A stretch of 64,000 nt of DNA from Asterias rubens (Eukaryota): assembly GCF_902459465.1 (NCBI RefSeq), contig NC_047071.1:4092001-4156000 (forward strand), in the 5' to 3' direction. The position numbers were made by a program, and so were the translations under genes. The notes beneath the pieces were generated by a model, which had not been told where the DNA came from, ran no database searches, and was given only the letters and a program-made list of their open reading frames with translations. Each line of letters starts with the position of its first letter. The first letter of the stretch is position 1. Below are positions 32,318-46,117 of this stretch, piece by piece.

Positions 32318-35300
32318 TTAACCACATTACATCACATCGAAGTGAAATTCTCATAAAGGTTGTTCTTACTATCGAAAGTTGCATTTCATGACTATTTACT
32401 ATAACTTTCAAAAATAGGAAATCGTGTTAAAAAAAGGCTGAAACACATGTGCTGCCCGGTAGGCCTACTCGTATTTGCTCCACGTCCATCAGCAATTTGT
32501 GAACAATTCTCCATGTTGAAAGTTTTTGTATGTTTTTGGTTTTTGAAACGGAATCATCTGTCAACATTCGTTCAGAGAAAACATTTCAATAATATACAGT
32601 GTATTCAGCTGGATCTTTCACATATTACTTTACTTTAATTTCATATATTACTTTACTGTATATTTTTATGTAATTTGCCACAGAAACCAGCATTACGCTG
32701 ACACAAAACCAAGCGATGGCTGGCTACCTCGTGGTGATAATACAGTATATCCACATTCACGCTTACATTAGAATATCAAGGCTCATTTCACGTCTCGCAG
32801 CGAGATTTCAAAGTTGTCGATGGCAGTTGTTGTTGATGGCGAGTTGAATCTCGTTGTTTTTGACGTCCGTAACGGAAGTTTCAACGATGTAGACGGCAAA
32901 GTACATTTATCTTTGGTAACCTAGCTTTATGATGCAATATGGCTACTCATACAGCTAGATAACCAAAGAGAATTGCATCACCAAGATGGTCGACACGTGG
33001 TACGATGGGGCGTGTCTACTGATGCACTCCCGGTGAAAGCAAGGTGTCTGGAGACGGTTGCACTCTGTTGTTAGTTGTTCCTCTGCTGATGACGGTTGTT
33101 CCTTAAACTTTAAAAACTGTCACTTTACTGTTTCGCAAAGAGCCATCTTTATATCATCATTTATTTAAAATACCCCTATCTATATCTTTTTAGAAAATAG
33201 AAGTATCATCTGTTGCAAAGTACTAACCAACTACAAGGACCTATGGTAATGCACCAAATAGTTAATCTATAGCAGTCTTCCTCGAAGGCTTCATAGTATT
33301 TGGACTATCAAAGTATTTTATTGAATAGCAGCTGAAAACGGAAATACACTCGGTAAACTCTACAAAGTTTAAATTATGTTCGACATTCTGTAGATCTCCC
33401 ATGCGGTATTGATGAATTTGCTATAACCTTTAAGGCCGTCATGCAAGCAGAGCACACATACCACGTCATGACCCAAGAACATCTGTATAATAACTGCGTC
33501 CAAATGGATGCCACAGTTCAATCTGACTGGACAACACTTCACATAATAATGTTCTCTAGATACAGTGAAATGGTATTTGCTGTTAACCTATAGTGAGAAG
33601 ACTCTTCTTTTTTTCATGAGAAAAATGTTTACGTTTTAAATCATGTTTGGTTTTGAATCTTTACGCGCCATTTTGTTTGCCAACTTCAACCCTGAAACTT
33701 ATGCCATGCGTGGTACGTGTCTTGACATTATTATAACTGAATAAACACAAAGTGTTGATAGTGTTTACTGATATTTTATCCTGCCAAAATGGATATTCCT
33801 CATTGTTTAAAAAAAAAAATTTGTTCAAACATCCAGTTTCCCCATCCACAAAAATTGTGAGAATTCCACTGAACTAGGCAGCATGCGTTCCAGTGAAACA
33901 ATCGAAAAACCGTAAGGGATTTTTGTCCAAGTCCCATGTATACTGTCATTCAATTTCAGCACAGCAGTCGAAATAACCAGCAGTGAACAGGGGGCATTTG
34001 AATTTTATTTTCTTCATCTATTTAGACAGTGACATTTCACAAGAGAATTGACACTGGTATAAATGTAGTAATCAGTAAGCGTCCCTACAATTAAAATAGA
34101 AAATCTACCAGATTTGTTTTAATGTTTTGGTGATTAACAATCCTACATGATCATCTTTAACCGACTATCCCAGCAATATGCATGAACATCTCTGTTAATT
34201 CACGCGGTAAAATTAACTGAAGTAATAATGGGTGCACGGACGCCTGCGTTTGGGTCCACACTACAGGGCAGAGGGCCATAGGGACGTTTGTGGTTTTTCC
34301 ATCCGGAAATCAGGCGAACCAAAAAACCCTGCAAAGAATCTGTATTGATGTGCTTGGTAAGACCACGGAGGAAGACAATTAACCACAGTTAGTTAACTTC
34401 TTGTTGAGGTATACCACAATCACACCTTGACGTCACAATGTTGTGTCGGCCATTTTGTAAATAGGTAGTACTGACTTCACACACTTTTCAACGGGAAGAC
34501 TGCAGAGAAGCTAATAAACCAATAGGTTTTTTGCAAGCTGCAAAAATACAATCGTGAAGTTCAACTTGACTCCATTATCATGATCTTTTCTAAAAGACCG
34601 AGTGGTGAGTCGTTGCTGACAAAGTCTGATACTAGGATCCAGTGTTAGGAGGTATACTTTGAAAATACAGCACTCTCTGTGCATCTTTTGGCTACTTACT
34701 GTAGATACACACATGGTGCTACCGAAAATCAATAGTATTGACACCTCACCATGCAATGCCTCAACTCATAGTTACTACTGTAGTTATAGATTTCAATGGA
34801 CAGTGTTCTCAGTGTTAGAGAAGTAGATCCAAAAGAAATGTATGTATGTCTGACGATAATTTAAGAATAAGATTTTTTTAATGTTCACACTGCAGACAAA
34901 AAAGGGTCAAACTTCATAGACAATGATTCAGATAAAAGTCTCATTTCTTCACCCCTGATACTAAAGACATTGTATCGATTCGTAAACGTCAACACTCGTT
35001 CCAGCAACAAACCAAGATGGTTTGTTTCCATGGACTCTGTCCCAATACGACCCAGACCCAAAGGAATCAACCAATTGAGTCCAATTTACGGTCTTTCCTG
35101 TCCGAGGAGGTCATGTTTCGGCTAAGCGGCCATTGTACGTGTGGACAAGTCAGAGTTGAAAGGCTGGCTCTCTTAAAGGGTTTTGATACCCTTTGTAGAT
35201 CAAGTTACTTGCAATGGCATGAATTCATCTTAAATGTGAATGAAGATGTTTGTAGATAGATGTACAGCAATACAAATTACCAGCTTCATTAGTCGTCAAG

Positions 35301-36072
35301 TTTTTGAGCAAAAAAGACCCGTAAAAATCACAGAGCGATGTTTTGAGTAATTTTCAGTAAGTTATCAACCGAAATCAGCTGTTGCATTTTTAAAGGTTTT
35401 TAGAAAGGCCTGCATTTTGTTCGAATGTACTTCATTTAAGAGGGAAATGTTTCACAGAAACAATTTTGTATCCTTACCAATCTACCAATAGGCCCTTGAC
35501 AATAAATGTTAAGAATTGTTTTCTCTGAAACGTAATAACCAAATTCCCACATTGCACAAGTTGAATATCTTTGATGGAATCATTGAAAGTCATTTGCAAT
35601 GAATAGTCTCTTAACTAAACAAATGCCTGCCGTAAATATTACCTAAAAAGACAAGCCACCAATAAATGAGGTTTCAAGCCAACGTCACGGAGGTCATTAT
35701 AAGAACTCGTGGGTCAGGGGTTAGGAGGTCAACACAAGGCAAAGTCATTAGTAATAGTCGGGTCCCAGGGCGTGGATCACGTTGTCAATGTGCTAACTGA
35801 AATGGGGCACAGACTCACCGCAGCTGGAGGGCACTATTTCCGGTCATTTCTCACACAAAATAAACCAGTTTAAAACATGGAACTTTTCTTTTTTGAATTT
35901 AGTTAAGACAAAGGTATGGCTTCTGAACTTGAAATTGTTGAATTGAAAGGGTTTTTTTTTATGATGGTGAAAATTTGCAGTAACACGGAAATAAAATAAT
36001 ATCATCGGCGTTGTCATGTTGTGTTACGACCTGTTTAGAAAGTTGTATTTATTTGTTACCATCTGAAAATAC

Positions 36073-36485
36073 AGGCAGTGGAAACTATTGGTAATTGTCA
36101 AAGACTAGCATCTGAAAATACAGCCAGTGGAAACTATTGGTAATTGTCAAAGACTAGCCTTCACAGTTGGTGTATCTCAACATATGCATACAATAACAAA
36201 CCAGTGAAAATTTGAGCTCAATCGGTCATCAAAGTTGCGAGATAATAATAAAAGAAGAAAACAGCCTTGTCACACGAAGTTGTGTGCGTTTAGATGGTTG
36301 ATTTCGAGACCTCAAGTTCTAAACTTGAGGTCTCGAAATCAAATTCGTGGAAAATTACTTCTTTCTCCAAAACTATGGCACTTCAGAGGGAGCTGTTTCT
36401 CACAATGTTTTATACCATCAACCTCTCCCCATTACTCGTCACCATAATATTTATTTTGAGTAATTACCAATAGTGCCCACTGCCT
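36073..36485. mobile_element. Kolobok MITE family 1 with a 49-bp tandem duplication of its left junction
   Basis: CATCTGAAAATACAG(G/C)CAGTGGAAACTATTGGTAATTGTCAAAGACTAG occurs twice (36060-36157). Confidence 0.8.
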
Positions 36486-37279
36486 TTAACGACAATGTTG
36501 TTCGTTATTGGACACTAAGTAGAAACAGGGAGTCAAATATAGCGAGAAAACATTTCTGATGCTAGACTAGAAGTTGAATTTGTTTTTCGTAAAAATCCGT
36601 TAATTTCAACAGCGGAGATTGCCGGAATTTCAACAGCGGAGATTGCCGCAAAATTCACAAATCAAAATCTTTCTAGATGATATCCTAATTTTGATCACAG
36701 CAAATCAAAATAAATTCATGCATTGTATATGGATACATTGATATCCCCGTTTAATTTGGGTTTAACTAAAAAAGGGACAACTTCGTTCAAAGACGTAAGC
36801 TTATGCAAATATGTAATTTCATTAAATTCTCAAAGAAAAAGTTTACATTCTTGAAAACGTGAACTTGAAATGAGTCTACCAATTCTGCATAAATAATGCT
36901 TGCTACACGAAAAACCCTTCATGATGCTAACAAGAATCAGGGTTATATTTATAGACACTGGTATGCCATGCCAAATCACGTGCTGGGCGATGAATGCCAT
37001 AAACATTTCACAGTAAGTAGTGTTTCAGTTCGAGAAGTTGACCTCAGTAAAATAGAGGTCAAATTAAAATGGTTTCCGGTCAATTCATAAACTGCCCGGG
37101 GAATAGATAAAGGGTTCTGTGTACAACCAAAAGTAGCAAACTATAATTTCAGATGTTTAGCATATAGGCCTATATATATCTAAATGACAGCTTCCTCTTT
37201 GAGTTTTGGTGAACAATAGCCAAAATAAATTGGCAGAATACAGACATTATTTCAGGAGAATCACTTTCCTAGTATATAG

Positions 37280-37334
37280 CCTTCGAGAAAGACTCTGCTA
37301 GGGTCGAAACGTCAGGCCATTAACTATTTTTTGC
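37280..37334 (+). ncRNA. Penelope-type hammerhead-like motif inserted alone
   Basis: Stem I GCCT/AGGC, core TCGAGAAA, stem II GACTCT/AGGGTC, GAAAC-GTC. 16-bp TSD CTTTCCT(A/T)GTATATAG. Confidence 0.65.
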
Positions 37335-37415
37335 CTTTCCTTGTATATAGTGACACGGCCTAGTTTGCGTACAAGTCCGCGAGTGGAAACGAGTTGTAGT
37401 TTCTGGTTGACTTAA

Positions 37416-37788
37416 AGGCAGTGGACACTACTGGTAATTACTCAAAAAATTTATCAGCACTCACTTGGTAACGAGTAATGGGGAGAGGTTGACAGTATAA
37501 AACATTGTGAGAAATGGCTCCCTCTGAAGTGACGTAGTTTTGGAGAAAGAAGTAATTTTCCACGAATTTGATTTCGAGACGTCAAGTTTAGAATTTGAGG
37601 TCTCAAAATCAAGCATCTGAAAGCACACATCTTCGTGTGACAAGGGTGTTTTTTCTTTCCAAGTTATCTCGCAACTCCGACGACCAACCGAGCTAAAAAT
37701 TTTCGCAGGTTTGTTATTTTATGTATATGTTTGGATACACCAAGTGAGAAGACTAGTCTTTGACGATTACCAATAGTGTCCGTTGTCT
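37416..37788. mobile_element. Kolobok MITE family 1
   Basis: TIRs and TTAA flanks. Confidence 0.85.
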
Positions 37789-40700
37789 TTAATGATGGGG
37801 TTCCCGCGTTATTTTTGGCGTTATTCCAATCAGGATCATTCCTTCGACCTTGGAGAATATTCTCATCAAAATAATAGTTACAACAATGTGATAAATAATA
37901 TTGTGAGGCCAAAATGATACAAAGCCTCGTACTAAAAGTTCAAACAATTTCTTGGTAAAAAAAAACAAGAACAAACTTCTTTCTAAAGTTTGTCTTTAGT
38001 CGCAATTTGACCACAGGACAACACTTTGCAATGGGTCAGCACTCGATGTAAGAAACATTTTAAAGATATATTTCGACATCTCATAATCAGACATTCCTCA
38101 ATAAATTTCACAATCAACCGTTTCATTTTCTACCATTACAAAACAGTGGAACAATAAAATAAAAAATTAAAAAAACTATTCACTATTTTTTGTAAATATG
38201 CACCGGACAAAACTATTTTAACCACTTTATTTTCCTTGCTGTTTCGTTTGCTTGCGAAAAGTATCTCCACCAAAATAGGCCTATGATGTTACTATGATGT
38301 ATTTGAGTGTGATTTTATGCACCGGTTGTGCTTGTCAGATCGACGGCTTTAGGCAACAACAGCCAAAAGTGAATGTTTATCTCGGGCAGGAAAATGACCA
38401 CACTTGCAAGATTGAGATTTATTGCCCCTTTCCTACTCCTTTCTCTTTGGTACGCTACGGCTTCTTGTTTAGGATTTGCAATGGGGAAAATGAAAGCAGA
38501 ACTGTTTACGAGTCTGATATATGGCCACGAGTGGCGTTTTAAGGATAGACACTATAGTGATTGAAAAGGAAAGTTGAATTGAAATGTGAACATTGTTGTT
38601 GTGGAAGGCCTTGAACCAAATGATACCTAAAATTGTAAAATAGGCTGTGCATTACATATTTTATTGTGTGGAAGACATTGGTGGGTATTAAGAATGAGGA
38701 TATAGCTTCGGAATAATGTCTGTTCTAGGGGATGAGAAATTTCAGACTTTTATCTGAATTCATACGTTTCAAAGTCTGCCTGGTAAACATAAACATGCTG
38801 TATTTTTCTTTAAATAAAAACTTGTCATGCTCTTTGATCTACTTCTCTACCACTGAGAAAACTGCTACCCCAAAAAGTTGTACCTCCTAACATGGAGGTA
38901 TATTTCTACCTCCATGCTCCTAAGATCTGGATCACAGTTCCAGACTGACTCTCATCTCTGCTGTGCTGTTCCGATATTGTGTAATAACCAGCAATCATCA
39001 CAACATAGAGCTATCACACAATGATCAAAATCTGTAGAACGATAAGTCCTCCGAAATAATTTTCGTGGTTTTATTATTCTTGCAATATGTTTTTTGCATA
39101 ACTTCTCCATGCTTATACAAGGTTGATCCATTACCGAATGTACTATACGTAGAAATTAGAAAAATGTGGCGTCGTTGTACAATGCTTAAAAATGCAGGCA
39201 ACAACTGCTGCACATAACATTCAATTTTGATTAAAACCGACACGGCGTTCGAGTCGACCTACCATGCCGTGGCCTTGACAAAATGCCCCGGCTTCATCGA
39301 GGGATCTCACCGCCTAACATTCTTAACTCTCCATGCCATGTGATTTCAGACTGTCTTTCCTTTTCCCTTCATACTTCCGGCCATGTGTAAATTCGATCAC
39401 CAACATTTGGACTGGTTCTCAATTCAGGGTCATGGTGCACCAGATCTCGCGCGTTTTTAGAATATTGTGCCCCGTTGAAGTGCGCGATTTGATGTCCTGC
39501 AGCTATGGAGGTGTGTAAACCCGAAAGTGGACCAACACGTTTGAATTTGCGCGATACATGCACTATCTGCGTACACTATGTCTAGTATTAGTAACTGACT
39601 CTCTTGTGAAGCAATTCTGCCCTAACATCTTCAGATTTGATTTAATGGCACTTGGTTTTTTTTTATCATGAGTTTAAAGAAACATTTTCACTGAGAATTA
39701 TCAAATTGAATCAGGATATTAAAGTATAAAGTATAGTTATACTTAAAGGTATAGCCTACATAATATATTTCGAAGACAAGATAATGTATGAAATGTAGTG
39801 ATTACTAACAAAACGTGGGCCTACACAAAATATTGGGGATACCAACAACCATGCAACAACAAAGCACATGTATCAAACACTATTCAATATGTTTAACTAA
39901 GCTGTGATTAACTAAGAAACCACTCTGCATTGTATTCAACCATAGGATTCAACCTATGGTGTGCTTGACAAAATCAACATTAATGCGACAGAAATGCACA
40001 CATCCATCAAAACTCTTACACCGTTTTGTTTAGAAAGGCTGGTGTCAATTCTCCCGCGATTTTTCCGTCACATACGCCATGGTCAGGAGGAAGGAACCAC
40101 CACACATACAACCATAGAGTAAGGACAGAGAACAACCCTCCCTGCAAACCACACTCACCACAAGATAGCTACGTACATTTTCCCAAGAAGCTTCGATTCC
40201 AAAAGTTGCCGTCAGTACCTGTGCCCATATATGGCGAAGGAGATCTACTAGAAGGTTGAAATCTTGGTTGTGTTTAAACCATGGTTGTAGTATAGAGAAT
40301 CCCCGCTTCGTTGCACCATGGTTGCGCCTGGCACTTGACTTTCATAGTATTCACAGAGTGACTGTGATATGAGGGGACCCTAAGGGTTAGGTAAAGGGTC
40401 AGGTCATGTCCTTAGATGCCCTCTCAATGACTGCCACCTCACCGGACCCACTGGGGCAGGATTAACGAGCCACCAACGCTAGTAATACGTAGCCTGCTGC
40501 ATGTATGTATGCTGATTCAATGGCAGCCCAAGCACTCTTGTCCAAGGTTGTGTCAATGTGTAAAAGGCTCCATCCAAACGTAAACGGGGAGTACTGTGGG
40601 AGTTGATGTGTTATGGTTGGGGCCGTTTAGCCCATTGGCGATTTAGCAAGATTGTGCATGCTGTATGATCAGTATTAACATCATCATCATCATCGTCAGG

Positions 40701-43700
40701 CCGGCCTTGACGCGCCATAGGCTCCCCTCGTCCCCCCTATCCATCCATTCCCATGGAAATAACCCCAAGTGGAGGCAGTTTCTCCTGCTATCGATCACAT
40801 AGTAGTCCCATTCGTCCAATGGGGCGGCCACTGCTGTGCTAGATGTGCTTCACTGACGCTGTGTGTTGACTCACCAACCCCATCGCGGCCCGACTCTCTT
40901 TCTAAAACCTCTCTCTCCATGAGCACCCGGCCTTATACTGTTGTCGGCCTTATACTGTTGTCATCACATCACACGATATGAATTAGGCGGCTTATTCACA
41001 CGTATATTTTATCCTACACGATTCTGTGCTGTTCATTAGGGGGTATATAAGACAAGGGAGTGAGCTGAAATAAAGTACGCCTCACCTTGGTGGTTTCTGC
41101 CACCAAACCAAACATTGACCCCTGACCGTGGCTGGGCGCTCCTGGGTCCCGTGGTGGGGAGCAGTTGGGAGGGTGAACAACGGAGGGGTCCTGTGGTAGG
41201 AGGAGACGGGTAGTGAGGCGACGTCGGAGTCAGGATGGCGATGTGGGTGTCGAGCGAAGCATTAGTCGCGGGGCATGTCACTGACGCGCTACAAGAGAGT
41301 GGACGTCGCGGACCTCTGCGCAGTATTACAATCTGAAGGATAGCCATGACTCTTCTTGAGAGTAAAAACCAAATCAAACCATAGTCGAATCATCTGACCA
41401 TTCTTAAAAGAACCCCCGAGAGCGCCAGCCAATGCTGTGCTCTAACCCTGTCCTGCCTTACAACCATTGCCCCATTGCTCAGTCACTGACATTTCACTTA
41501 TAGATGTATTTTTAGCCTGGATTTAATTATTCACCCATAGCTAATATAGTAAACAGTGACGAGGCCAAACAAGTAATTAAGAAGACAAACACGTTTCCAT
41601 ATTGTTAAAGTTGCCTTTAAACACAGTTTTTATAATCGATTGACTCATGCTGAAATCGGATCGGATGTGAATAGGTCTTTCAAAGAAGCAAAATAGGACC
41701 TACCAAAAAAAGCAACACTGATTCAACACTAACTGGTGCTCTAAATTTAAAGAGTTACTTCTCTGTACAATACAAACTTAATATCCCTAACAATGTTATT
41801 ATTATTATTTTATTTTGTGAAGAAAATTTGACTTTATCTAAACGATTACGCTGTGATTGGTAAACTTATGTTTTTACATGACGAACACAAATATTGTCAC
41901 GCATGTTTGCTGGCCCTAGGTGTCCAAAGTGACGATTTCGATAGTGGTCGATGTGGCTGGATTTCCAAAGGGTATCCTAAAGAAGTTATTACGGCAGCCA
42001 ATGGCTTAAGCCGAAGCTAGAGTCAAATCTCAATAGTAAGAACCAAATCTCAGTAATGATGTAGCAGATTTTGAGCTGTGACTACCGTAAGCATTGCTCA
42101 CAAAACAGCCTTAATCATGTCCACAAAACCAGAGGAATAAAGACACATTTCGAAATTTTAAAATCAGCCATAAATCGTTTTTGTTTTGTTTATTGGAAGC
42201 CCAGTTCAGTAGCAAGGGTTTGATTTTCAAAACGGATCAAGAAAAAATCACAAACGTTGGAATCATTCAACACTTTCTTTCTGAGCCAGCTGCCAACAGT
42301 CGCCATCTTGAATTTTCGCATCAACCGATAGTGTGCATTGTTGTGACCGGTTACTTGTAATATTAGCAGCAGAGTGTGTAATGTAAAAGATGATACCAAG
42401 CTTTTTGTTTACGGTTGGCAAAGTAGCTTATGGGTGACCATGATAATTGATTCACACACGACCTGGGAACGATTCTTATTATTGTCATATACATGTATAG
42501 TTCTGATAATGGAGGAGTTCGACCAGCTTGAACGAAATCAGCAGCAGGTGATCTTTGCTGAAATTCATATTAAGATGTTTTCAACAAGGAAATCTAGTTC
42601 ACATGGGTTTTAAATTTTTGAATTGGAAGAAAATCAATCGTTTTGAATACCATTTTCTGTGCTTTTCAGAAGGATTCGCTAAAGCCATACATGTCGATTT
42701 ATGCCACTTTGTTGCAACATGGCGGTATAAAAGCAACTTCCCACAAATTACGTCAAAGTTTTGTAATTTTGACGCACACCGTCAACGGCAGAAGTCTAGC
42801 TATATAATGTTCAAAACCTTAAGAATGGGATCTTATTTTTTGAAATCAATATCAACTTTGTTCCTCCGCTTGCGGCCATAATGTAAAAACTGGTTTTTTT
42901 TTCGTACTGCTTTTGGCGAAAACCAGCAATTTGTTGTGGCAACTGAATTTGAACCTTCGATAAAAGATCGATCGTTTTAAATGTTATGCAAAAAGTAACA
43001 AAAACCTTATATCCAAATGCCCTCTATTGGCAAAACACGACCAGTCTGAATATTTCCAGCAAGGGCGTGGCACATGTTGCTGTAATCACATCAAATATCG
43101 CATGAACAAACACTTAACAAAAAAACTTTACTAATCAAGGAATGACATGTCGATATCATCATTTTTAAGAAAAAAAGAAGTTGACACAAAGTACCCTTTT
43201 AATAATAGGGTATTACACATGCATTATTCCAACCTCTACCATTTTGGAATGTCAAATATAAAATGTCCCATTTTTAGAAAAAGTGGAAATCTCAAGTGGG
43301 TGAAGCTCAAAATGTTGTTCGTGAAGAGTTGCCAATTGTTAAGAAGGTAATCATAAACAACATTTTCAAAAAGATGGCTTCTGAAATCTTCAAATCATCC
43401 AAAGGGAATCCGAGATGGAAGAGAGCCATCAGGTTAGGTTTCACGAACTGCAAACAATGTTTCTGCTTTTTGGAGCAGTTCGATTATTTGTTGTATTGGG
43501 TTATCCGTTCATTTTGATCCGATCGTTTCTGTAACCGTTTCAAAACCCCGTTTTTGGTCGTAAGGCTGGAACATTTTATTTTCAAATTTTGAATTTTTTT
43601 GAAGTGGTTCTGTAGAACTCATGCAGCATCAACTTGTATAAGTATCGTCACAAACGCCTCCCGCAGTGGCAATACCGTATAGACATGTTATTTACTAAAC

Positions 43701-44062
43701 ATTGTCTTCGGTGTATTTATAAAAAATAACTACATTTGCTTGTGCATTGTTTCTTTAACGGTTGTTACATACAAATTACATGGATCGATTATCAAAAAAC
43801 TGGGTATTCCAATCAAAAACATCAGTGGTATGAACTGCCTACTGCCTACCAGAGATATATATAGTCGTGGCTGATATACTTAAAATTTTGACCACAAAAT
43901 GGTATTTTTTTGTTTAAACTCCGTAAATAACCGTAGGTTATTTCGATTATCAGAATCAAAACAGCAGTGATCTGAACTTACACAAATAAAATATTATTCG
44001 CTTAAAACATCATGAAGAATGGAATATTGAGCGCTCTACAAAAATACAATTTGAGTGTGCGT

Positions 44063-44304
44063 TCCCTCTAAATGTAAAAGAGTGAAAATGCACTCTTTGA
44101 AGAGCCATATGACGGACATCTCTTTTTCGAGTGGTCTTCCACTCTTTTAGATTGAACTTTGCATTTTTTAAGTGATTTTCCGCTCTGTCCTGGAGTGAAA
44201 CCCCTCTAAAAGAGTGAAATAACCACCAATCTGTTTAAAGAGCCATATTAGGGACAGCTCGAAATGTAAAGAGTGGTGTTTTTCACTCTTTTACATTTAG
44301 AGAA
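44063..44304. mobile_element. CACTA/EnSpm-like MITE
   Basis: TIR CTCTAAATGTAAAAGAGTGAAAA / TTTTCACTCTTTTACATTTAGAG; copies at 45637-45880 and 60277-60525. The superfamily assignment is tentative. Confidence 0.7.
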
Positions 44305-45636
44305 TTCTTGGGAATGAAACTAACCAACAAGGAGAGGCAAATTGAAAGTAGATTAGTTCTTGCAAAACATATCAACGGAACTCTGGAAATTTAGGTCATA
44401 TTTTCACTATAGTAACTCGCATTCGTGGCTCTCGCCATAACAATATTTAAGGTGTGATATGATAATAGAGAAACGAGGCCACATTAGGTTAACATAATGT
44501 TTAATCAACTCAAGAACATACCTCAATCCAGGGGCTACTGTTGGAATTGATTTTTGTACGGGAAGGACGCAGTTGTAGTTGCTGATTGGTATTGCACTTG
44601 CAGTCAAGAAGGTAAAAGCCAATTCCCGCCTTAAGTTCGACCCCGTGTGCTGGCCCGATGTCTTTCTATGCCAGCTTGCTACCTCTCATGTACACATAGC
44701 CAGTGAACACCAAGAAACGTTGTGGGGGATATTGGTCCAAACAGCGCATACAACAAGCTGGCTGATCGCCCCGTCCGCCCGTGGGCTGGGAAGCGTTAGA
44801 GCCCGGCCAGAAGCCACGGGAAAAAGAAGTCCAAATGTGGTTAATGACTGTATTTTACTGGCTGCTGGATGGCTGCACTGATGCTATGTCAAACCCACCA
44901 ATGATGTAGCACAGAGACTATCCGATAATGCATCATACACACGAAGCAGTCCATTTTATGCATCCTTCGTGTTTGGCGCCTCACTAACGACCTGCCATAG
45001 AATAGAAATAGCCACCACGTTATGAGTGGCTTCGGAAATATGAAAGAAGAAAAAAATGAATACAGAACGAAGTTGACTAAGAGTGTATTGGCCGAGTCAG
45101 TCGACCATTGCCAGTCGAGGAGTTCAGGGCCACCAAGCCCCGCCCCTCGGCCTTTTTACTCCGACTGGGTTCAATTTTTTTCTTCTTTTATTATAACCAA
45201 CGGCTGCCTATTGAAAAGGCACGCAGAGAGAGAGAAAAAATGCCATATAGGAGAATATCAGTCAATGTGTATAAAATCTGCTTTACGAAATTAACTCTAA
45301 AAGGCTAAGCCATGTGTGACAAGAGATTTTGTATAGTCCAGGCTGCCTATCCCATGACTACTATTCTTACATAGGCATGCGTGACCCCAAACCGACTTCG
45401 CCAGTAAAGTTGCGGTTTGTGGACTGTGCTACACACATAGGTGGTTTATTTAAAGTGTAGAAGATTTGGTGTAAATTCAAACAATATTCAATATTAACAA
45501 ATAGTAGAAGTTGGGAAAAATAGCATTTGAAAAATCACCGTGACTCGTTTCGATTACCACAATCGAATTAGAAACGTTCATACAATTTCAATTGCAAACT
45601 ATTTCTGTTTTTTCGACAACATTTAGCCTATACTAT

Positions 45637-45880
45637 ACTCTCTAAATGTAAAGGAGTGAAAAATCACTCTTTGAAGAGCCATATGACGGAAAACTCTTTT
45701 TCGAGTGGTCTACCACTCTTTTAGATTGAAGTTTGCATCTTTTTGAGTGATTTTTCACTCTGTCCGTGAGTGAAACCTCTCTAAAAGAGTGAAATAACCG
45801 CCACTCTTTTTAAAGAGCCATATGACGGACAGCTCGAAATGTAAAGAGTGGTGTTTTTCACTCTTTTACATTAAGAGAGT
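45637..45880. mobile_element. CACTA/EnSpm-like MITE
   Basis: Same ~245-bp element as 44063-44304. Confidence 0.7.
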
Positions 45881-46117
45881 ACTTGTAGATTGTCCTGTGT
45901 ATTTATGCAGATGGAAATTGATTTGCTCTTCTACACAGTTCCTTTAATGTTAGCTTGTTTTAAATTACTGATATGGATGGAGGCGTGGTCCGCGTCCATG
46001 CTTCAACACGATTTGAAGAAATAAATGGAAACTATATATAGTTACCTGATCAAGACAGGGTTTTGGGCTTAAAATTCCTGAAACCCACAAGAGCTCAATT
46101 TAATAAAGCTACTTTAA

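Noticed and set aside
38394-38564. 56-aa ORF with a signal-peptide-like N-terminus (MTTLARLRFIAPFLLLSLWYATA..)
   Set aside because: No dibasic or amidation sites or cysteine pattern, and no supporting context; compatible with chance.
39941-39965. CATAGG..CCTATG palindrome as another P-like footprint
   Set aside because: The flanking 7-mers do not form a TSD.
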